Source: an uncultured Clostridia bacterium
GTDB taxonomy: Bacteria > Bacillota > Clostridia > Christensenellales > UBA1242
DNA length: 64,000 bases
NCBI GenBank assembly: GCA_948434855.1
Contig: CAOJFR010000002.1
Location: 21,195 to 85,194 of the forward strand
Direction of reading: 5' to 3'
Below the pieces are notes generated by a model, which had not been told where the DNA came from, did no database searches, and was given only the letters and a program-made list of their open reading frames with translations. Made by a program: the position numbers and the translations under genes. Below, piece after piece: positions 57,009 through 64,000 of the stretch; position 1 is the first letter of the stretch, and each line of letters opens with the position of its first letter.

Positions 57009-57582
57009 GAAAATATTGTTATACTTAACAGCATTCAATCCTATGGTATTTTTGCTATTGTTATCGTCAATAATTCAAATTCAATTTTCTGACGAATTAT
57101 CTTGGAATAAGCAGAATATAATAGTGATTTCATCTTTTTTAATTTTTCTAATTATAACATTTATAATAGCAGTGATTTTCGTAAAAAAACCTTTAAGAAA
57201 CGATTCTTGCAAAGTGGTGTTAATAGAAGTTAAAAATCTAACAGATAGTTATTTCTTAGGTTATTTTGCTTTATTTGTCATGTTAGACTTGTCTTTTGAT
57301 TTAATGAGCTTGGAGAGTCTAATAATTCCGGCCATCTTGATTATAATAATTGGTGTAGTGTATATATCAAATGATTTATACTATATAAACCCTTTATTTA
57401 ATCTTTTTGGTTATAAATTTTTTGATATTAAATATCAAAAAAACAATGTAAATAAACAATATTCGGGAAGAATTTTTAGCAAAAATAACTTAGAAAAATA
57501 TATAGATGAAGAAATAGAAATGGATTATAGCATATATAATTTTAGCAAGCAAAGGAATGAGCTAAATAAAATTAAAAAATAA
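56995..57582 (+). CDS. Four-TM membrane protein (195 aa); candidate effector/anchor (KwaA-like?)
   Basis: ATG 56995 after GGGAGA. Four hydrophobic helices (LLYLTAFNPMVFLLLLSSII, IIVISSFLIFLIITFIIAVIFV, YFLGYFALFVMLDLSF, LIIPAILIIIIGVVYI), then a ~70-aa soluble tail. Confidence 0.8.
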   Translation: MKLIKKILLYLTAFNPMVFLLLLSSIIQIQFSDELSWNKQNIIVISSFLIFLIITFIIAVIFVKKPLRNDSCKVVLIEVKNLTDSYFLGYFALFVMLDLSFDLMSLESLIIPAILIIIIGVVYISNDLYYINPLFNLFGYKFFDIKYQKNNVNKQYSGRIFSKNNLEKYIDEEIEMDYSIYNFSKQRNELNKIKK

Positions 57583-57592
57583 AAACAAACAG

Positions 57593-57620
57593 AAATTGCC
57601 GTTATAGGCAATTTTTATTT
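57593..57620 (+). terminator. Rho-independent terminator
   Basis: AAATTGCC-GTTATA-GGCAATTT then TTATTT. Confidence 0.75.
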
Positions 57621-57673
57621 GTAAATTGTTGACTTTATTGCCGATATTGGCTATTCTTTTAATAGAATAAAGA

Positions 57674-58573
57674 ATGAGGTTTACGTTAATGAGATTTTTG
57701 ACAGCTAGCGAAATTGCTAAAAAGTGGAATATAAGTGAAAGGTCTGTTCGTAATTATTGTCGGCAAGGAAGGGTAAAAGGCGCTGAACTTAAAGGCAAAA
57801 CATGGATAATTCCTGAGGATGCTGAAAAACCAGAAAGGGTGGAACGTAAAGAGTTTAGTGATAATCCGCTTCTTAATAAATTGAAAGAAGAAAAAGATAT
57901 GGGGCTCAAAGGTGGAATATTTGAAAAAACAATTGTTGCTTTAACATATAACTCCAATCATATAGAAGGAAGCAAATTAACAGAAGACCAAACAAGAATG
58001 ATATATCAAGTACAAGAAATTTATACTGGTGATCAAACAATTTCAGCAAATGATATACTAGAAACGATAAATCATTTTAAATGTGTAGATTTTATAATAG
58101 ATACGGCACTATGTAATTTGAGTGAAAGTTATATAAAGCGTTTACATTTTGAGCTTAAATATGGAACTTTTCATAGTCTTGCAATCAATGTTGGATTATA
58201 TAAAAATTTTCCAAATGAAGTTGGCGGAAATGAAACCTGTCCACCTGAAAAAGTTTCCGAAGAAATCAAAAAACTTTTAGATAACTATAATGCAAAACAG
58301 ACTAAAACTATTAATGACATAATTGAATTTCATAAAGAATTTGAAACAATCCATCCATTTCAAGATGGCAACGGAAGAGTAGGGCGGTTAATTATGTTTA
58401 AAGAATGTCTTGCCAACAATATAGTTCCATTCATAATAGAGGACGAATTTAAGCTCTACTACTATCGTGGCCTCAAAGAATGGAACACTGAGCGTGGCTA
58501 TCTAACTGATACTTGCCTCGCTGCCCAGGACAAATATAAAAAATGGCTAGAGTATTTTAAGATTAATTATTGA
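57674..58573 (+). CDS. Fic-family protein with N-terminal HTH and internal inhibitory-helix motif
   Basis: Fic motif HPFQDGNGRVGR (about 58352-58387); SNHIEG matches the (S/T)xxxE(G/N) inhibitory motif; N-terminal LTASEIAKKWNISERSVRNYCRQG HTH. Start is 57674 or 57689. Confidence 0.88.
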   Translation: MRFTLMRFLTASEIAKKWNISERSVRNYCRQGRVKGAELKGKTWIIPEDAEKPERVERKEFSDNPLLNKLKEEKDMGLKGGIFEKTIVALTYNSNHIEGSKLTEDQTRMIYQVQEIYTGDQTISANDILETINHFKCVDFIIDTALCNLSESYIKRLHFELKYGTFHSLAINVGLYKNFPNEVGGNETCPPEKVSEEIKKLLDNYNAKQTKTINDIIEFHKEFETIHPFQDGNGRVGRLIMFKECLANNIVPFIIEDEFKLYYYRGLKEWNTERGYLTDTCLAAQDKYKKWLEYFKINY

Positions 58574-58684
58574 TAAATGCAATAAAATCTAATATAAGCT
58601 ATAGCAGAAATATGACGATTTAATGGTTTGTCACAAATTGATTAAAATTGTGTTAACATGAACTTATTTAGGGAGAAAAAATAG

Positions 58685-58855
58685 ATGCATAATGAATTAT
58701 ATACAACAGAATATGATGTTGAGAAAATGTTTATAGAGGTTATTACTACAAATTGGTATAAATATAATAATTTATCAAGTTATGAAGAGCTTCTTGAAAA
58801 TTTTAGAAATAAGTTAAATCTTTTAAATAAAGATATCCTCAATGCAAAACCATAA
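58685..58855 (+). pseudogene. Truncated N-terminal fragment of a type I restriction enzyme R subunit (HsdR)-like gene
   Basis: 56 codons with RBS GGGAGA; TEYDVEKMFIEVITTNWYKYNNLSSYEELLENFRNKLNLLN resembles the HsdR N-terminal pattern; stops far short of a helicase core. Confidence 0.45.
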
Positions 58856-59051
58856 AGAAGAATTGAAACAATTTCGTAACGAAAATAAAGAAATGATAAG
58901 AAGATTAGAAACTATAAGAGATAAAGTATATTCGCATTTTGATTTAGATTATTATAAAGATTGCGATAAAATATCAATGCAATTTATTGAGAAATGTATT
59001 TACTTTGTGGCCGAAGTGTTAGGAATTTTAGATAAAATTTTATTTATATAA
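58842..59051 (+). pseudogene. Short C-terminal fragment with an Rx5H (HEPN-like) motif
   Basis: 69-codon ORF starting inside the end of the HsdR fragment in another frame; IRDKVYSHFD fits Rx4-6H; no RBS. Confidence 0.3.
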
Positions 59052-59052
59052 A

Positions 59053-59084
59053 AAAGATAGCTTAAACAAAGAGCTATCTTTTTA
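59053..59084 (+). terminator. Rho-independent terminator-like hairpin
   Basis: AAGATAGCT-TAAACAAAG-AGCTATCTT then TTT. Confidence 0.55.
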
Positions 59085-59145
59085 AAATTATTCCAAATCT
59101 ATTTGGTCTGAAGAAGTAGACACATTGTTCGTATTTGAAATAGGT

Positions 59146-59234
59146 TGGCGGAGAGAGCGGGATTCGAACCCGCGCTACATTGCTGTACTACACCCTTAGC
59201 AGGGGCGCCTCTTCGGCCTCTTGAGTATCTCTCC
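59146..59234 (-). tRNA. tRNA-Ser (anticodon GCU), CCA encoded
   Basis: Acceptor GGAGAGA/TCTCTCC, then G and CCA; anticodon loop CTGCTAA; long variable arm; T-arm GCGGG-TTCGAAT-CCCGC. Confidence 0.95.
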
Positions 59235-59421
59235 AAACTATTCACTTAATTAAAAAATGTTTACTTAAAAAATATTTTAATTATACTTTTTGCAAACAAT
59301 CTTTTATCAAGCGTTTTGATTATAACATAAAGCTGCTAAATTATTCAAGTGTTTTCATTAAAAAATAAATAATTCTTTATGCAAATTTATTACATAAAAG
59401 TGCATCAAAATCAGCAAAAAT

Positions 59422-60003
59422 TTATTCATCAGTTTTTGCATTTTGATCTTCTTTTGATTTTTTAATATTTTCGCTATCACGAATTTCAAGAAGGTTATGT
59501 TTGATTAAAGGAATATTTTTTCTTATAATTATTTTTATAATTTCAAAAATAATGAAAAATATTGTGATGACAAGCGAAAGCACGGCATACAAAATTGCTG
59601 ACACATTTGTTGTTCCTGTGGTAACAAACGCACTAATTGCGGTGATTATTGAAAGCACAAAGTTAATAAGCTGAATTATATATTTCAAAAATTTAACAGC
59701 ACTTTTATAATTTTTAAGATGATATTTCATCTTGTTTTTGCTTGAAAGCCCAACAAAAAGAAGAATTATAAATATAACAGCATATGCAATAAGAAGGTAA
59801 ATTATAACCTTAGAAAGGAAAGTTTTTTCAGTTAGTTTATATGTAACAAAAAGTGTGTAGCAAGAATAAAGGGCAATAGAAAAAATATTCCAAAGCACAA
59901 ACAAAATTTTGGACTTTCTTGATGGTTCCAAAATTGTGTTTACGTGCTCAGGCGTTCTTGCAATATTAGACTCTTTTTGTTGCTTTTTGCCAAAAACTTT
60001 CAT
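59422..60003 (-). CDS. Hypothetical membrane protein (193 aa, ~4 TM)
   Basis: Long ORF with four hydrophobic segments; no clear RBS. Confidence 0.6.
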   Translation of the reverse strand: MKVFGKKQQKESNIARTPEHVNTILEPSRKSKILFVLWNIFSIALYSCYTLFVTYKLTEKTFLSKVIIYLLIAYAVIFIILLFVGLSSKNKMKYHLKNYKSAVKFLKYIIQLINFVLSIITAISAFVTTGTTNVSAILYAVLSLVITIFFIIFEIIKIIIRKNIPLIKHNLLEIRDSENIKKSKEDQNAKTDE

Positions 60004-60229
60004 AACTTAATTATATTATTACCATAAAAATAAAGCAAATAAACTTAAGCTTAAAATAATTTTAATACGGATTTAATTTTTGCAAACAGAAACGAAAATT
60101 TGTTAAATTATATACTTTAAAAAAATTGACTAAAGTTTGGTGCTGTGTTAAATTTAAATTAGCAAAAAGTTTATTAAAATGTTAAATAAAAATATAAGCT
60201 AAATGCAAAAAAAATCTAAGGAGAAAATT

Positions 60230-60769
60230 ATGTCTAAAAAATATGTTTGTCCTGTATGTGGATATGTTTATGAAGGTGAAAACCCACCAGATGTTTGCCC
60301 ACTTTGCGGAGCAGAATTAAAAGAGGTTAAAGAAGATGGCTTAACATGGGCTGCAGAGCACGTTGTTGGTGTTGCAAAAGATGCCCCAGCAGAAATTTGC
60401 GAAGGGCTTAGAATGAACTTTAATGGCGAGTGCAGTGAAGTTGGAATGTATCTTGCGATGAGCAGAGTTGCATTCAGAGAGGGTTATCCTGAAATTGGAC
60501 TTTATTATGAAAAGGCAGCTTATGAAGAAGCAGAACACGCAGCAAAGTTTGCAGAGCTTCTTGGCGAAGTTGTTACAAACTCAACTAAAAAGAACTTAGA
60601 AATGAGAGTTGAAGCAGAAAATGGAGCAACCGCTGGAAAAGTTGAACTTGCAAAAAAAGCAAAAGAACTTAACCTTGATGCAATTCATGACACTGTTCAT
60701 GAAATGGCTCGTGACGAAGCTCGCCACGGCAAAGCGTTTGAAGGCTTGCTTAATAGATATTTTAAATAG
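60230..60769 (+). CDS. rbr: Reverse rubrerythrin (N-terminal rubredoxin-like domain + diiron ferritin-like domain)
   Basis: ATG 60230 after AAGGAGA; CPVCG...CPLCG at the N-terminus; diiron ligand regions EEAEHAAKF and [11 protein letters not shown]. Confidence 0.88.
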   Translation: MSKKYVCPVCGYVYEGENPPDVCPLCGAELKEVKEDGLTWAAEHVVGVAKDAPAEICEGLRMNFNGECSEVGMYLAMSRVAFREGYPEIGLYYEKAAYEEAEHAAKFAELLGEVVTNSTKKNLEMRVEAENGATAGKVELAKKAKELNLDAIHDTVHEMARDEARHGKAFEGLLNRYFK

Positions 60770-60787
60770 GTTTAGCTAAAACTAGCC

Positions 60788-60815
60788 ACCACCAATTTGT
60801 TTGGTGGTTTTTTTG
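60788..60815 (+). terminator. Rho-independent terminator
   Basis: ACCACCAA-TTTGT-TTGGTGGT then TTTTTT. Confidence 0.85.
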
Positions 60816-60979
60816 TGTTTTCCATTATTTTTTAAGTAATTAAATACATTATAAAATTGAAAAATATATTAAATTTCCTTGAATTTAATGGGGACTCAGG
60901 CGTATACTATAAGCAAGAATTGTGGCAACATAAGCATAATAAAAACAAATAAAACAAAAACTAATAACGGGAGAATCTT

Positions 60980-62959
60980 ATGGGAAACAAAACTAGAGTG
61001 ATTGGAAAGAGCAAGCAAATAATAATTGCGGTTATAAGCATTCTTGTTATTGCAACAATTGCAGTGATCTCTGCCTTAGTGTTTACATGGGGAAAGGATG
61101 ACTCTGGCGAAAATCAGGGTAATGAATATAGCATTGTTGTAAGCTGTGGAATTGATGGAGTTTCTGATTATTCGCTAACTGTGAAAGAAGGAACAAAGAT
61201 TCGTGAGTTAAAAGGCATGCTCAGAGAACTAGATGGCTATAAAATTGATGGAATCTATAAAGACGATGCCATGACTCAGCCATATTCAGATAATGAGACT
61301 ATAAATAATTCCACAAAAATTTATATTAAGTTTGTGAAGGCGTATCGTATTAACTTTGCCAATGAAGAATTTAAAACTGGCATAAGTGTGAGAGTTGATG
61401 GAGAACCTGTTGACCAAAACACCACTTTTGTTTATGGGGCAAATGTTATCATAAGAGCAACACAAAAAGCGGGTAGAGAAATTGTAGAGTTTAAGGTTAA
61501 AGTTGGAAACGGCGAAGCACAAGACATTCTTTCAGAAGTTTATCGTCATGAAGTTAATGGAGTGATATATTATGAAGTTGAACTCACTGGCGATGGCGAT
61601 ATAATCATTGAATATAGAGAATCCTTAAAGCAATATGTTTTTGAAAATATACCAGCAGGTGTTACAGTTAAACGCGAGGGTGAGTTGCTTTCTAATAGCA
61701 GTGCAATATTTTATGGAGACAAACTCACATTTACATATGTAGAGAGCACAAAAAATGATACTGGAAAAACTAAACAGGAAAATGGCTATCATTACACTGA
61801 AGTGGAAACAATAATATATAGTTTGGTTGTTAATGGAACTAATCTTGCCAGCGGAAAAACCTATGTTGTTAGTGGCGATGTGGGCATGGTGCTTAACATC
61901 AACTCTAGCACTGCGTGGGAAAAAGGCGAAATGGTTCAATATGATTTAGGAACTATTCCAGATGGAGTAACTGTGACCAGACATGGAGAAACTTTAAATA
62001 GTGATTCTGTAATTTACTGGGGAGATGAACTCACATTTGCATACACAGAAACAAGTGTGGTTTTGACTGGTAACACAAAGTTTGAATCAGGCTATAAGTG
62101 GGCAGAAAAAGCAACAACAACCTATAGTTTATCGGTTGGTGGAAAAACCATTGTCAATGGAGGAAAATTTACAGTAAACGGAAATGTTGAATTACTATTA
62201 AGTTCAACAACAAGCACTAATTGGAAAGAGAGTTATGCTTTGGTTAGCTTTGCAGATGCATCTTGGTCAGAGATAAATGAGGTTGCAGAGGCAGACTATG
62301 CATCAGAAGCGTATAAAGTTGGCGACAAAAAAGACATAACCTTAACAGATGGCGAAGTTTTAACATTTGTTATTTTAGGTTTTAATCATGATGATTTAAC
62401 CAGTGGTGGAAAAGCAAAAATAAGCATTGGAATGGAAAATTTAACAGAAACTAAATTTAAAATGAACTCTACTTTAACCAATGTGGGTGGCTGGGAATCT
62501 TGTAAAATTAGAACTATGCTTAGTGACTATTTTGATAAACTTCCAGATGAATTGCAAGAGATGATTAAGGAAGTAAACAAAAATACAAATGAAGGAGGCC
62601 AGTCTAAAAATATAGTAACTACCTCAGACAAGCTTTGGTTATTTAGTCCTGCGGAGATATTTTCACCAACTGCTATAAAGACTGGTTGGAGTTTGTTAAG
62701 AGACCATGCAACATACTATACTCAGGAAGGAACACAATACGAGTTTTATAGGAACTTAGTAGGAGATGAAGAGCCAAATAACAAAATAGAATCATTAATT
62801 AAAAAATTATCTAATGGAAACGGAGAAGCAAGTATGTGGTGGTTGCGTTCCCCTAGTATTAGTACCAAGCTATCTATTATATGTATTGAAGCTAGCGGAA
62901 AACTAAATGGATATAATGCTACTTTTGAAAATGGAATTTGTTTTGGATTTTGTTTGTAG
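60980..62959 (+). CDS. Membrane-anchored surface protein: Listeria-Bacteroides-type repeat, two ~100-aa tandem repeats, DUF6273-like C-terminal domain
   Basis: 659 aa; N-terminal TM; DGYKIDGIYKDDAMTQPY...KIYIKF repeat; duplicated module aa 218-319 / 320-419; C-terminal KLWLFSPAEIF and WWLRSP motifs. Confidence 0.75.
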   Translation: MGNKTRVIGKSKQIIIAVISILVIATIAVISALVFTWGKDDSGENQGNEYSIVVSCGIDGVSDYSLTVKEGTKIRELKGMLRELDGYKIDGIYKDDAMTQPYSDNETINNSTKIYIKFVKAYRINFANEEFKTGISVRVDGEPVDQNTTFVYGANVIIRATQKAGREIVEFKVKVGNGEAQDILSEVYRHEVNGVIYYEVELTGDGDIIIEYRESLKQYVFENIPAGVTVKREGELLSNSSAIFYGDKLTFTYVESTKNDTGKTKQENGYHYTEVETIIYSLVVNGTNLASGKTYVVSGDVGMVLNINSSTAWEKGEMVQYDLGTIPDGVTVTRHGETLNSDSVIYWGDELTFAYTETSVVLTGNTKFESGYKWAEKATTTYSLSVGGKTIVNGGKFTVNGNVELLLSSTTSTNWKESYALVSFADASWSEINEVAEADYASEAYKVGDKKDITLTDGEVLTFVILGFNHDDLTSGGKAKISIGMENLTETKFKMNSTLTNVGGWESCKIRTMLSDYFDKLPDELQEMIKEVNKNTNEGGQSKNIVTTSDKLWLFSPAEIFSPTAIKTGWSLLRDHATYYTQEGTQYEFYRNLVGDEEPNNKIESLIKKLSNGNGEASMWWLRSPSISTKLSIICIEASGKLNGYNATFENGICFGFCL

Positions 62960-62996
62960 ATAACTGGGCATTACTAAAAATTAATCAAATAATAAT

Positions 62997-63027
62997 AAAA
63001 ACCATCCAACTATAGATGGTTTTTTGT
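62997..63027. terminator. Bidirectional terminator
   Basis: AAAACCATC-CAACTATA-GATGGTTTT flanked by A/T runs. Confidence 0.8.
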
Positions 63028-64000
63028 TTACTTTAAATACATTAAAAGTACTGTGATATCAGCAGGGTTTACTCCTGAAATTCTGCTAGCCATGCCAACT
63101 GTCAGTGGTTTAATTTCTGCAAGCTTTTCTCGTGCTTCATTTCTGAGACCAGAAAGCTTTGCATAATCAAGGTCTGCAGGAATTTTCTTTTCTTCGAGCT
63201 TTCTTGCCTTATCAATTTGTTCTTGTTGGCGAGAGAGATAGCCAGAATATTTTGTGTCTATATCAACCTGAGTTAGCACAGCTTTGCTGTAGCCTTTAAC
63301 AAGTTTTAAGGCTTTATTTGCTTTAACAAAATCAAAGGCAGGACGCTTTAAAAGATTTTTTAGGCTTGTGGCTTGAGATGGTATTTTTTCATCTAAAGAT
63401 TCTAAAAATTCGCAAAGATTTGATGAAATTGGCACTGTTTTGTTGATTTCTTCCTTAAGTTTTGCGATTTTTTGCATTTTTTTCTTAAAAACGCTATAGC
63501 GTTCATCATCAACAAGCCCAACGTTTCTGCCAATTTCTGTTAGTCTTTGGTCGGCGTTGTCTTGCCTTAAAATAAGCCTAAACTCCGCACGGCTAGTCAT
63601 CATTCTATAAGGCTCATTGGTGCCTTTTGTGGTAAGGTCATCAACCAAAACACCAATATAAGATTCGTCTCTTTTTAAAATGATTTGCTCTTTGCCTCTT
63701 AAATATAGCGAGGCATTTATGCCTGCCAAAATGCCCTGACCAGCAGCTTCTTCATATCCGCTTGTTCCGTTAATTTGACCAGCACAAAACAGACCTTTAA
63801 CTTTTTTGAACTCAAGCGTTGGGAAAAGATTTAGTGGGTCAATGCAATCATATTCAATTGCATAGGCATACTTTAAAATTTTTGTTTTTTCCATGCCCTC
63901 AATACTTTCAACCATTTGATGTTGAATGTCTATTGGCATGCTTGTTGAAAGACCCTGAATGTAAATTGTGTTGTCATCAACTGTTTCTGGTTCAAGAAAA
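63028..64000 (-). CDS. mnmG: tRNA uridine 5-carboxymethylaminomethyl modification enzyme MnmG (C-terminal part; N-terminus lies beyond the window)
   Basis: The reading frame stays open to the window edge; GLFCAGQINGTSGYEEAAGQG and C-terminal GVNPADITVLLMYL signatures. Confidence 0.92.
   Translation of the reverse strand, partial: FLEPETVDDNTIYIQGLSTSMPIDIQHQMVESIEGMEKTKILKYAYAIEYDCIDPLNLFPTLEFKKVKGLFCAGQINGTSGYEEAAGQGILAGINASLYLRGKEQIILKRDESYIGVLVDDLTTKGTNEPYRMMTSRAEFRLILRQDNADQRLTEIGRNVGLVDDERYSVFKKKMQKIAKLKEEINKTVPISSNLCEFLESLDEKIPSQATSLKNLLKRPAFDFVKANKALKLVKGYSKAVLTQVDIDTKYSGYLSRQQEQIDKARKLEEKKIPADLDYAKLSGLRNEAREKLAEIKPLTVGMASRISGVNPADITVLLMYLK

Larger units (their letters stand above)
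55117..59145. other. Accessory (defence-type) island abutting the 3' end of tRNA-Ser; no integrase present
   Basis: Bounded by a broken GNAT gene and the tRNA 3' end; contains hypothetical/TM/Fic genes, truncated HsdR and HEPN-like fragments, and unusual non-coding elements. Confidence 0.5.

Noticed and set aside
1-64000. Prophage, IS element, integron or CRISPR-Cas content
   Set aside because: I recognised no integrase, transposase, recombinase, capsid or terminase-like ORFs and no direct-repeat/spacer arrays anywhere in the window.

Overview
This is an AT-rich chromosomal segment using the standard genetic code (TAA, TAG and TGA all end long ORFs). The host is a spore-forming Firmicute, probably a host-associated Clostridia-like organism. 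I support about 58 CDS, one tRNA-Ser(GCU), three pseudogene or gene fragments, one riboswitch-like element and many rho-independent terminators. I saw no rRNA, CRISPR array, transposase or integrase.

Core content, in order:
- glgP and a GH13 glycosidase
- a Y-family polymerase with a YolD-like partner
- glmM-glmS and dut
- a GerA/GerB/GerC-type germinant receptor operon
- a P-type ATPase
- rpsF-ssb-rpsR and dnaB
- rpsL-rpsG-fusA-tuf followed, unusually, by rpoB-rpoC
- a Fe-ADH / ALDH3 / YhhN / Pr6Pr lipid-aldehyde operon
- a 1520-aa M60-like surface peptidase
- a small detoxification cluster (VOC, HIT, Ogt, broken GNAT)
- reverse rubrerythrin, and a partial mnmG

Most interesting signals:
1. 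A decayed accessory island next to tRNA-Ser (about 55.1-59.2 kb). It holds a translationally coupled soluble 305-aa protein and a four-TM 195-aa protein, which together look like a Kiwa-like or novel membrane defence pair. It also holds an HTH-Fic protein, HsdR and HEPN-like remnants, a 210-nt helix-closed non-coding block and a promoter-to-terminator small RNA candidate.
2. A stand-alone SAM-I-like riboswitch lacking P4, upstream of the translesion polymerase operon.
3. Ten exactly phased 11-bp TGTTATAA repeats and nested terminator repeats, inserted between tuf and rpoB.
4. A chromosomal ParM/Alp-like actin with acidic disordered partners, next to the ger operon.

All functional calls rest on motifs read by eye. 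No database search was run.
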